Below are positions 15,826 through 24,194 of a stretch of DNA of 26,540 nucleotides, one piece after another. Position 1 is the stretch's first letter, and each line of letters opens with the position of its first letter. Source of the stretch: a virus (Duplodnaviria; Caudoviricetes); IMG/VR virus record IMGVR_UViG_3300012667_000160, positions 1 through 26,540 of that record, one strand, 5' to 3'. The notes below the pieces were generated by a model that saw nothing but the letters and a program-made list of their open reading frames with translations, was not told the DNA's origin and ran no database searches. A program made the translations under genes and the position numbers.

Positions 15826-17337
15826 CTACGCGGGTAGGACTTTGCTTGGGTCTACAGGGTTTGCCTGTTGTATATGTCCGTAAGCTTGCTGACGCACTCG
15901 ATCAAGCATATCGTAAAGTGCTTGGGCACCCGCTTTGGTTGAACCAGACCCTAATGCGGATACCACATCAGCGGGGATTACAAACTCAGAATCAGCTAAA
16001 CGCACAGGCTCTTGACTCTGAGCGCCTTCAATCAAACCAGCAATACCGTCACTCTGCCCGTCACCTACACCATGCAACAACCCTTCATCACCACCGCCAA
16101 CATCACCACCTTCAGCGTAGCCATAACCGACTTGTCCACCGTCAGCATACCCAATAACTTCATGGTGAATAGGCTGTGTGGATTGCAGAGGTTGAGCTTG
16201 TGGAATCATGCTCTGTGGGTAGAAGTTCTGCATAGGCTGCTGGTTAATATAGCCAGTTGGAATAGCACCTAAACCCTGAACATCACGAATGGTACCGCCA
16301 GCAGCAAAGCTTTTTCTTCTATTAGCAATATCGGTTAGCCCTTTGGGGAGTTCACTGGGCATAATCCCCGCTTTTTTGTATTGCCCAACAATTTCATCTG
16401 CTTGTTTTGCACTCGCTTGCTCGTTTAACCCTTGTTGTTTATATTGGTCTTCAAGCCCTGCTGCGCCTACTTGCGCGGCTAGCATACCCTGATGTTGCAT
16501 AGGGTTCGTAATAATGTCTTTTAATCCAGCAAAGCTTTGTTCAAAAGGGTTTAGGGATGCTGCTGTTGCTGTTGAAGCGCCTGGCGCTGCTCCTGGGATC
16601 ATTGACTCACCTTGTGCTGTGAGTCCTACACTTGATGAATTAAGAGCATCTGTAGGAGCTAGGTGCTCTGCAAAACTAGACGGGGTAATTGCATTCTGCG
16701 CTTGAGAAGTTAGAGTAGAACCAACCTGATTATTTAAACCTGCGATGCCGCCTTGTAAGCTGTTCTCAGTGGCTGATTTTGCCCCTTCTTCGAGAGCTGA
16801 TTTACCTACCTCGCTAAAGCCTTCTGCTGCACTATTTAGAGTTGGTGTAGCTACATTAGTTATTGTACCTTCTAAACCTTTTTCCGCTACATTACCCACT
16901 GCCGTTTCACCTACACCAGCAGCTCCACCTAGGCCTCCAAGCGCACCAGACCCAGCACCAAATGCTGCTGCCATACCAATATCTTGATCGCCTTTAATAG
17001 CGGCTTTACCTGCATTAAGCCCAGCACCAGTAGCCGCGCCAGCAAGAGCACCAAGACCTAAAGCACCCGCACCACCAGCCGTCACACCCAAAAGCGGAGC
17101 AGCGGCGGCAGCCGCGCCACCAGTAAGAGCAGCAGCGACACCAATACCAAGACCTGCTAAGATGTCAGTTAAGTCCATCGCTTCAGTCATACCTGTTACT
17201 GGGTTTTTTGAGAGAGGGCGATTGTTTACTGCATGGTTAAGCGCGTTAAGCCCAGCCACTTCTGCCTTATTCATGTGGACTAGTGTGTCATCACCTCCAC
17301 GACCATATTGTGCTAATTTATTGGCAACGCTGTGCAT
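15826..17337 (-). CDS. Putative internal virion protein with a glycine-zipper segment and conserved terminal domains
   Basis: GGAG ribosome-binding site. N-terminal GRGGDDTLVHMNKAEV...NPVTGMTEA, a long Gly/Ala hydrophobic stretch, and C-terminal GDGQSDGI...RLADSEFVIPADVVSALGSGS. Confidence 0.65.
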   Translation of the reverse strand: MHSVANKLAQYGRGGDDTLVHMNKAEVAGLNALNHAVNNRPLSKNPVTGMTEAMDLTDILAGLGIGVAAALTGGAAAAAAPLLGVTAGGAGALGLGALAGAATGAGLNAGKAAIKGDQDIGMAAAFGAGSGALGGLGGAAGVGETAVGNVAEKGLEGTITNVATPTLNSAAEGFSEVGKSALEEGAKSATENSLQGGIAGLNNQVGSTLTSQAQNAITPSSFAEHLAPTDALNSSSVGLTAQGESMIPGAAPGASTATAASLNPFEQSFAGLKDIITNPMQHQGMLAAQVGAAGLEDQYKQQGLNEQASAKQADEIVGQYKKAGIMPSELPKGLTDIANRRKSFAAGGTIRDVQGLGAIPTGYINQQPMQNFYPQSMIPQAQPLQSTQPIHHEVIGYADGGQVGYGYAEGGDVGGGDEGLLHGVGDGQSDGIAGLIEGAQSQEPVRLADSEFVIPADVVSALGSGSTKAGAQALYDMLDRVRQQAYGHIQQANPVDPSKVLPA

Positions 17338-17345
17338 GACTGCTC

Positions 17346-17573
17346 CTATACTATTTTTACGGTACCACTGTCATTCCACAAAGACCCTGTTTCAAGTCCT
17401 GCGCTGCTAGTGGGTAAATCGGTTAATGTGATGGTTGTGCCCCGCATAGGACCTGGGTTCTGTAATGCCGTAAAATAAGCGTTAAGCCCACGTAGTAATT
17501 GGTTCGCCCAGTTTTGATCATATTGTACAGGAGGTACAGGTAGAACGGGTGTTTGTATATTAGTTGAAGCCAT
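17346..17573 (-). CDS. Small tail protein (needle/plug position)
   Basis: 75 aa directly after the nozzle gene. It has LPVPPVQYDQNW and LPTSSAGLETGSLWNDSGTVKIV, a pattern common in phage tail-tip proteins. Confidence 0.55.
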   Translation of the reverse strand: MASTNIQTPVLPVPPVQYDQNWANQLLRGLNAYFTALQNPGPMRGTTITLTDLPTSSAGLETGSLWNDSGTVKIV

Positions 17574-17576
17574 AAA

Positions 17577-19448
17577 TCATTTTCTCCCATCAGCAACAAT
17601 TTCGAGTCGCGGGATACCCAGCGACCACTGTGTACCTGTTGAATCACTAGCAATTCTAAATGCTATCTGACGTCCACGTAGGCGTAGCCATTTTTGATCT
17701 GTATATTCTTCTACAGGGATTGTTGTGGTTCTTGCAATAGGCTCATCTGTCTCTTGGTTATATGGACCGCCTGGAAAGTCTCTAGCGTAGAGCGTCATAA
17801 CAACCGCAGGTGTTTCATCTGTAGACCCAGAGAACGTAATGTCAGGTATAAGGCGACGAATAAACATAAACTGATATCCATCATCAAGGTCAAAATCCGC
17901 TGACTGAATATAGGCAGCTATAGGTAGTGGAGTGCCTGTTGCGTTATCTTCAAGACCATTTTCTTGGTAGATTAAGTTTCCATCACTAGCTGCAATAGGG
18001 TAGGTTCTATCAGGGCAGTCAATCCAAGCAGTTCTGTTTATAGTGCCGTAGTACCAAATGCGTTCTTGGTAGTTGTAGACAGCATAGCGGTCAGGGGATT
18101 CTGCTTCACTAGAGCAGTAGAACCACCAAATTTCGTTAAACTCACCCACTGACCCAACAAATGTTTGAGCCTGTTGTGCATAATTAAAATCGTTAAAAAT
18201 ATACTGGCGTAGCGAGCATGGGAGTGTTTCAACGGTACCGCCATAGGTAAAGAACTTTTTATGTCCCATCCAGTAGGTAATGTTGTTAACCGAGATAGCT
18301 GCAAAGGGTGAAGCAATCGTGATATTAGTTGAGCGTGGTTGAAAACTAAACGTAAATGGTGTACCTACATACTGCGCCCCATATAATGCGCTGTTCGTAA
18401 AGATAAGTGTTTCTTGGCGTGTTTTAATAGCTGTAACAATAGCATCACCATAAGTAAGTCTATACCCGCCTGCTGAAGTGGCTATGCTTGGTGTCCAAAG
18501 CGCGGGGTTGTTCTGATCTGCCCAACGCACGAGCATAGGAGTTTTTGTGCTTTCTCCTATTGCGTTACATCCAAGTGCCATAACGTGATTTTCGTCTGTG
18601 GTAATAATACCTGTAACAACTGTAGGGCAATCCGCAGCACCACTTAAAGAGCTAAGTTTAACGGCATTAGCCGCAGGAATACCTGAACCCGCAACGCTCG
18701 TGCTTATTTTCCAATAATATATCTCACCGTTAGTGGGAGCAATAACTAAATCTTGACCGTAATTGTCCTGCGTCCAGTACCCTAAAGGTTGAACCACACC
18801 GCCTGAAGTAGCACTGCTACCCCAAGTACCTCGACTCCACGTACCCGCACCCCAACCAAGCCCTGTTACGTTAATAGGCAGACCAGCAGAGGCTTCAAAA
18901 CTTAGCGCGATTACTACCCCACCGTCGGTAGTAGTAGCTGTAGCAGAGGTAGTTACTTGAAAGGTAAACGTACTCGCGTCTAAGACTGTTATTTGGTGAG
19001 TTGTGTTAATTTCAGCCGCAGGTACACCACTAGATGTAATTACCGCACCTGAGATTGAAATATAGTCGTTTGTAGACGCACCGTGATTAGCATAAGTTAT
19101 GCTCACCGTCGTTAGCCCAGACACAAAATTAAGTGGGTTAGCTGGTGTAAGGGGTGAAACTACAAGGCGGTAGGGTGTGATGTTGTATAGGGTTCCGCTA
19201 AATTCTATAAAGAAACGGATGTTTGTGCCTACGCCTGTGTAGTTATTACCTGCAATAGAAGACCAATTTCTTAGTGTTCTGCATACATCTGTATAACTAT
19301 TAAGGCTAAACTTTTGCCACCCACCAATGTTTTCAGGAAACCCAGAGCGAAATCTAACTTTATCACAGGCGTACCATCCACCTTCGTTAGCATAGTTAGT
19401 CCCTTCTCGGGATACCCCAGGGCGAAAGGTTATTGATTTAAGTGGCAT
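17577..19448 (-). CDS. Tail nozzle/packaged-DNA stabilization protein (P22 gp10/T7 gp12-like beta-propeller)
   Basis: 623 aa, beta-rich. Motifs GWYACDKVRFRSGFPENIGGW, VRWADQ, FNEIWWFY and C-terminal RLRGRQIAFRI...DGRK. Confidence 0.75.
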   Translation of the reverse strand: MPLKSITFRPGVSREGTNYANEGGWYACDKVRFRSGFPENIGGWQKFSLNSYTDVCRTLRNWSSIAGNNYTGVGTNIRFFIEFSGTLYNITPYRLVVSPLTPANPLNFVSGLTTVSITYANHGASTNDYISISGAVITSSGVPAAEINTTHQITVLDASTFTFQVTTSATATTTDGGVVIALSFEASAGLPINVTGLGWGAGTWSRGTWGSSATSGGVVQPLGYWTQDNYGQDLVIAPTNGEIYYWKISTSVAGSGIPAANAVKLSSLSGAADCPTVVTGIITTDENHVMALGCNAIGESTKTPMLVRWADQNNPALWTPSIATSAGGYRLTYGDAIVTAIKTRQETLIFTNSALYGAQYVGTPFTFSFQPRSTNITIASPFAAISVNNITYWMGHKKFFTYGGTVETLPCSLRQYIFNDFNYAQQAQTFVGSVGEFNEIWWFYCSSEAESPDRYAVYNYQERIWYYGTINRTAWIDCPDRTYPIAASDGNLIYQENGLEDNATGTPLPIAAYIQSADFDLDDGYQFMFIRRLIPDITFSGSTDETPAVVMTLYARDFPGGPYNQETDEPIARTTTIPVEEYTDQKWLRLRGRQIAFRIASDSTGTQWSLGIPRLEIVADGRK

Positions 19449-19464
19449 AGCTTAGTCCTGTTTA

Positions 19465-19818
19465 TTATCCGTTCCAGCGTGCGATTTTACCATCACGTAC
19501 ATCAATATGGGTAAAAGATTTGTAGCGTCCAAGACCTCGGCAATCACTGTCAAAATGTTTCATGAGATAGTTTTGCACTTCGCGTGGTTCGATGTCTTTT
19601 ACTTTAATGTCGGCTGCATTACCTAAGACGTGTTGACTATGCTTTGCACCACCCACTTTCGTGTTGTGTGCTTCACATCTTCTACCGCTCATAATGGTGA
19701 TTGGCTTACCAAACGACTCACGGATGCGGTTAAGTAGCTCTACGAGCTTTGGGTTTACGTCTTTTTCACCGCACCCGCAGTGACACGCGAATTCTTCTGG
19801 TTTGAAGTATTTGCTCAT
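19465..19818 (-). CDS. Endolysin, peptidase M15A family
   Basis: The likely start is MSKYFKPEEF at 19818. Motifs CHCGCG, SGRRCEAHN, SQHVLGNAAD and FTHIDVR (Zn ligands H, D, H). Confidence 0.9.
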   Translation of the reverse strand: MSKYFKPEEFACHCGCGEKDVNPKLVELLNRIRESFGKPITIMSGRRCEAHNTKVGGAKHSQHVLGNAADIKVKDIEPREVQNYLMKHFDSDCRGLGRYKSFTHIDVRDGKIARWNG

Positions 19819-19819
19819 A

Positions 19820-20011
19820 TTACTTACCTTCTGAAACAAACAGTCCAATCATACCAAACACGACACTAGCGGCAGTTAAGCTGTCATGCACAACAGGCGT
19901 TGCATCAATATTCACACCCGCCATCGTTGCGAGTGCTGCCACACTTGCGTGAGTTGAAGGTTCTTTTAATCTTGCGTTTAAATAGTTCCACGCTTTAAGT
20001 AATTTATTCAT
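19820..20011 (-). CDS. Putative holin
   Basis: 63 aa with two hydrophobic segments, a basic N-terminus and an RLKEPST motif. It abuts the endolysin gene. Confidence 0.7.
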   Translation of the reverse strand: MNKLLKAWNYLNARLKEPSTHASVAALATMAGVNIDATPVVHDSLTAASVVFGMIGLFVSEGK

Positions 20012-20405
20012 TTGTCACCTCAACCCAGTTAATTGTTGGTTCGTCCCATTGATAGTATTTTCCATCTTGCGGATAAGGTACAGGTGGTTCAAAAGTACAA
20101 GTAGTTTCATTAAATACCCACGAGGAAAAATGATTGTTCCAAGCTGTTATGATATTTTCTTTTTTAATTTCAATTTCTTCATTCGTCATAGGACGCACAA
20201 ACCAAACATCTTTGTAGACATCGTTTATTAATTGATACTCTGGTTGCTCTGATTCCAATACTTCATACACACCTATTTCTGGGCGTTGTACACGCTCAAA
20301 CGGTTTCCAGTTTTCTGGTATATTGCCAAAGGCTTGCAGTAAATTATTTTCAAAAGCAGGGTGATTTTTAGGTTGCTCGTTTTCTATTTCAATATATAAA
20401 TTCAT
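20004..20405 (-). CDS. Tail fibre-associated/assembly protein
   Basis: It follows the Gly-rich fibre gene with a TAATG overlap. The C-terminus is SWVFNETTCTFEPPVPYPQDGKYYQWDE. Confidence 0.6.
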   Translation of the reverse strand: MNLYIEIENEQPKNHPAFENNLLQAFGNIPENWKPFERVQRPEIGVYEVLESEQPEYQLINDVYKDVWFVRPMTNEEIEIKKENIITAWNNHFSSWVFNETTCTFEPPVPYPQDGKYYQWDEPTINWVEVTNE

Positions 20406-21217
20406 TATACGTTACCAGTATTTGTTGATGGAAATGCTCGTCCAGCTCCCCAGATGATGCGGACTGCGCCGCCAGCGCCGTTACCCCCAACTGCGCCTCC
20501 GGTTTGAGACGTACTACCCCCAGCGCCGCCATATAAACCGCCGCTGCCGCCGTTGGTACCTCCTCCGCTACCACCAGTAGCACCCCCAGAACCACCACCG
20601 CCACCGGTAGAACCTGAACCAGCAGAACCGTTACCGCCCTGACCAAGCAAACCGACTCCACCACCAGCAGACGCGCCGCCGCTACCAGAATAATTAGCGC
20701 CGCCACCACCGCCACCACCGGAACCGGCAAGCCCTGAACCACCACCGTTACCGGAGTAACCCCCAGCGCCGCCGCCTCCGGCAAAGTTTGGATTAACGCC
20801 TAGCCCGGCACCACCATTCCCACCACCGTCACCTGTACCGCCGCTACCACCTTCAGATTCACCATTAAACACTCCAATTCCAGGGTTAGCAATAACGGTT
20901 GTTGAGTTAAATGTACTGGGCGTTCCGTTTCCCGGTTTAATATATGTAGTTGAACCAACACCGCCAGCACCCACAACTACAGTATAAGAATTTCCGGGGA
21001 TAACTGTAATATTGTTTTTATAACGAAGCTCTCCACCGCCACCACCATACCAGCCACCAGCTTGCGCCCCGCTACCGCCGCCAACAGCAACTACTGATAC
21101 AGAAGTTACTCCTGTAGGAGCAACCCAAGAATAAGTCCCTGCGGTTGTATATGCTTGTTGTCCGGGAGCTGCACCGAAAGAACGACCATATGCAAAGTTT
21201 TGTTGAATCCCACTCAT
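20405..21217 (-). CDS. Glycine-rich tail fibre tip/adhesin protein
   Basis: The likely start is MSGIQQ at 21217 (TAATG overlap). It has YTTAGTYSWVAPTGVTSVSVVAVGGG, polyglycine GGxGG runs and GAGGAVRIIWG. Confidence 0.8.
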   Translation of the reverse strand: MSGIQQNFAYGRSFGAAPGQQAYTTAGTYSWVAPTGVTSVSVVAVGGGSGAQAGGWYGGGGGELRYKNNITVIPGNSYTVVVGAGGVGSTTYIKPGNGTPSTFNSTTVIANPGIGVFNGESEGGSGGTGDGGGNGGAGLGVNPNFAGGGGAGGYSGNGGGSGLAGSGGGGGGGANYSGSGGASAGGGVGLLGQGGNGSAGSGSTGGGGGSGGATGGSGGGTNGGSGGLYGGAGGSTSQTGGAVGGNGAGGAVRIIWGAGRAFPSTNTGNV

Positions 21218-22038
21218 TAGGTCAACCCCGCACCAGAAATAATCCACTTGTTAAATTCAATTTTTAACGCTGTCGCTGTGCCGTACTGCGCAAGTGAGCG
21301 TGTACCTGTTGTACCTGTACCAGCTAAATACATTGTGTCTGTTGTGATTGCGATACTGACGACTTGAGATGTCATATTAACAAACGAAATAGCTGTGCCA
21401 ATTGGGTACGCCACTGAACCATTTGCAGGGATAGTAAACGTCCGAGCATTAGCGTCAGTGCTTGGGTGAAAAATATGTTTACCTGCATCCGCAGCAACGA
21501 GTGTGTAGGCGGCAGATTGACTGTTTTGCGGGATATTGATATAACCTATTCCGTTCGTTCCATCAACGGTTTGACCAGACGCAAACGTAATCGCACCCGT
21601 CATCGTACCGCCAGCTAATGGCAAATATGCTGATAAAGATGGTGTTACGCTAACAAAGTCACTACCGTTCCAAGCAACTAGCACATTAGCCCCAGTAGCG
21701 ATCGTTACCCCTGTTGTTGCTGCACCTTTAAGCACTACAGCCGCATTTGATTGGTTAATAACAAGGTATGCTTTACTTGAGCTAGGTGCAATAATATTGC
21801 GCGATACACCGGGTGAGCCTGTTGGGATAAGAATGGCTTTTCGTGCTTCGTTTGTCGCACCAGCCCCAGTTGTTGAAAGGGTCCAATTACCAGAAGCAAC
21901 AGATTGTGTAGCAACCCCCGCAACAGAGTCCTCAACAAGTTGAGTTACACTTGCGTTAACCACTGCTCCCCAAGTACCGCTTAAGTCACCTGTTTGCGGT
22001 TGAGCAAGCCCTAATAATGTTGTGTATGATGTTGTCAT
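21217..22038 (-). CDS. Tail fibre protein (proximal part of cassette B)
   Basis: N-terminal LGLAQPQTGDLSGTWG anchor-type motif, YLPLAGGTMTG fibre motif and a C-terminal YTLVAADAGK...AYPIGT domain. Confidence 0.75.
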   Translation of the reverse strand: MTTSYTTLLGLAQPQTGDLSGTWGAVVNASVTQLVEDSVAGVATQSVASGNWTLSTTGAGATNEARKAILIPTGSPGVSRNIIAPSSSKAYLVINQSNAAVVLKGAATTGVTIATGANVLVAWNGSDFVSVTPSLSAYLPLAGGTMTGAITFASGQTVDGTNGIGYINIPQNSQSAAYTLVAADAGKHIFHPSTDANARTFTIPANGSVAYPIGTAISFVNMTSQVVSIAITTDTMYLAGTGTTGTRSLAQYGTATALKIEFNKWIISGAGLT

Positions 22039-22042
22039 GTTT

Positions 22043-23035
22043 TTAACCTGTTGTATTAATCGGTGTCCAATTAGAAGTTTGTACTGTGTCTACTGCACCC
22101 CAGTTAGCATTTTGTATGGTAGATATATTACCCCAATTTGCGGTTTGTGTATCGTCAATTACTTCCCATAAGAAGCGAGAAGTGAACGTGCCATTTGCAT
22201 AAACAACTTCTAAGACGTCAACCGAATTACTACCGCCGCCGATATACACATCTTGAGCTGATACATCACCTGAAAGCGATACGTTATAAGTGCTACCTGC
22301 TGGGGTATACTCATCTGTTGCTGTAACTGTTTCAATTACTGTACTAATATTAGGTCCAACCGTTGCGTCAGATGACTCACTACTAGAAACTGTCTCTGTT
22401 AAATCAGCCGATACAGCAGATAAGTAAGTATAAACATCAGTAGCTACAGCGCTTTCAGTAAGTGCTGCAAGTAAATAAGCTAAACTATCGACACTATCAA
22501 GCGCTGCCACGCTCTCAGTTAATGTTACCGTAAATGAAGCTAAGGTACTGACGCTATCAAGAGCTGTTACGCTCTCGACTACTTGTTCTATATTTGAGGG
22601 CGTTTGCTCTACGGTATCTGTTGCAGTGACGCTCTCAGAAATTAAAACCCCATACTGAACTAATGCACTAATACTATCAGTAGCTGTAAGAGACTCTATA
22701 AGGTCTGCATAATTATTTCTACTAGGTACTGGTGTTAGCCCTGCAAATGGTGCTTCTGCAAATGCAGTAAAACCAAATAAGTTAGCTACTTCACTTGTAG
22801 GTGATTGATAAATATCAGACGCTGATACTGATTCAGTAATAGACTTACTATAAACAATGCCCGCTGAGTAAGCGTCTGAAGTCGTAAGTGACTCTGTTAA
22901 ATACCCGTGATTATCTAATCCAATGTAGGAGTCAGTTGCACTAAGCGTTTCTGTAACGCTCGCAACAATAGTAATCGGACCGCTATTGGGTAGCTGTGCA
23001 AATGGGTACTCTGCAAAAGCTAATAACCCAAACAT
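22043..23035 (-). CDS. Acidic Ser/Thr-rich repetitive tail protein
   Basis: N-terminal FGLLAFAEYPFA motif, about 12 repeats of xE[ST][VL]xAxD, and a Trp-periodic C-terminus. Confidence 0.65.
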   Translation of the reverse strand: MFGLLAFAEYPFAQLPNSGPITIVASVTETLSATDSYIGLDNHGYLTESLTTSDAYSAGIVYSKSITESVSASDIYQSPTSEVANLFGFTAFAEAPFAGLTPVPSRNNYADLIESLTATDSISALVQYGVLISESVTATDTVEQTPSNIEQVVESVTALDSVSTLASFTVTLTESVAALDSVDSLAYLLAALTESAVATDVYTYLSAVSADLTETVSSSESSDATVGPNISTVIETVTATDEYTPAGSTYNVSLSGDVSAQDVYIGGGSNSVDVLEVVYANGTFTSRFLWEVIDDTQTANWGNISTIQNANWGAVDTVQTSNWTPINTTG

Positions 23036-23039
23036 AATC

Positions 23040-23474
23040 TTACGGTGCTACTGGAAAGTCTACAGTATAAGGAAACCCTGCTTGCAAGGTAATGTCACGC
23101 AGTGATTGTCTATAAACCGCCCACGCTAAATTATCAACTGGTGCATCAGCTAATTGTGTCCAATCTGATTGTGTGAGCAAAGCGTTGCGTCTATAACGTA
23201 CTTCATTGGCTTTTTGTGTTTTCTCAGCGTCTAACTCATCTTGTGTTTTAGCTTCCACAATAACGTCAAACACTACGCCATTTTCAATATACGGCTCAAC
23301 TGAAGTGAGTTTTTCTGCTTGTGAATGCGCTTTGTCAGACTGTATCTGATACGCATTGCGTTCTTGCGCCCACATCAAGTCAAGGCCTTCTGGTGGAAAC
23401 GATACGTTAGGAAACACCTCTGTATGCTCACCATGAGATAGGATTTGGTTATTTTCAATTATGGCTATTTTCAT
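23040..23474 (-). CDS. Tail fibre assembly chaperone
   Basis: C-terminal VRYRRNALLTQSDWTQLADAP...WAVYRQSLRDIT..GFPYTVDFP is the typical phage tail assembly chaperone motif. Confidence 0.85.
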   Translation of the reverse strand: MKIAIIENNQILSHGEHTEVFPNVSFPPEGLDLMWAQERNAYQIQSDKAHSQAEKLTSVEPYIENGVVFDVIVEAKTQDELDAEKTQKANEVRYRRNALLTQSDWTQLADAPVDNLAWAVYRQSLRDITLQAGFPYTVDFPVAP

Positions 23475-23483
23475 GTTTTTATC

Positions 23484-24194
23484 CTAATAAGTTGGCATTG
23501 GAGATGTTGGCGGAAAAGGCGATGGAGTAAAATCAGCCGTATATCTACATACTCCTTTAGTTATACGAAGGTCGTAAATATAACCATTAAACATATAGAT
23601 ATTTGCTGCTAGACCTCCAGTTATAAACGGCCCTATAATAACCCAATTTGTCGAGTCTGTCCCAGTTACCACTGATTGCCCATTAACATATATCTTCGTC
23701 TGATTTGACCCAGTTGAAGCTCGACAAAATGCAATGTGCTGCCACGATGTAGCTGTTAATGTGCCGTTTCCACCAGAAACAACAGCGAGGCCTCCGCGCG
23801 GAGCTATTACAAAACCTGTTCCAACTTCATAATAAAAAACAGACCCTCCAGTCGTATCCATAGCAGCGTAGACTTGATTTGATACAGCTAGTGGATATGC
23901 CCATAATTCTACAGTATATGCCCCGACACCGAATGAAAACGCTGAGTTGCTTGGAGAAGATGTGTAATCTCCATTACCATCGTAAAGAACTGACGAGCCT
24001 GTACCAAACTTACTTTGTGCTGTGCTAATTACGGTGTTTCCGTTAACAGTAGTTGTAAAATTATTACTAGACGAATCTTTAATGTTAGTTGTTGTACCGT
24101 TAGCACCGTTACCGACAAGTAAATAAGATACATTAGCCCAGTAAGGGTCTCCAGCCGCCCCGCCAAGCGTTGCAAACCTAGATAACATAGTCAT
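23484..24194 (-). CDS. Concanavalin A-like/LamG domain tail tip protein
   Basis: The likely start is 24194 (ATGA overlap). Motifs DPYWANVSYLL, ISTAQSKFG, YTVELWAY, WQHIAFCR and GYIYDLRITKGVCRY. Confidence 0.85.
   Translation of the reverse strand: MTMLSRFATLGGAAGDPYWANVSYLLVGNGANGTTTNIKDSSSNNFTTTVNGNTVISTAQSKFGTGSSVLYDGNGDYTSSPSNSAFSFGVGAYTVELWAYPLAVSNQVYAAMDTTGGSVFYYEVGTGFVIAPRGGLAVVSGGNGTLTATSWQHIAFCRASTGSNQTKIYVNGQSVVTGTDSTNWVIIGPFITGGLAANIYMFNGYIYDLRITKGVCRYTADFTPSPFPPTSPMPTY

Noticed and set aside
20389-20784. 131-aa alternative-frame ORF in the polyglycine gene
   Set aside because: GGN-rich sequence lacks stops in shifted frames, and the Val/Ala product is an expected artefact.
21217-21250. 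Programmed -1 frameshift fusing fibre base B to its tip
   Set aside because: The shared open window is only about 11 codons and has no XXXYYYZ heptamer. TAATG coupling explains the overlap.
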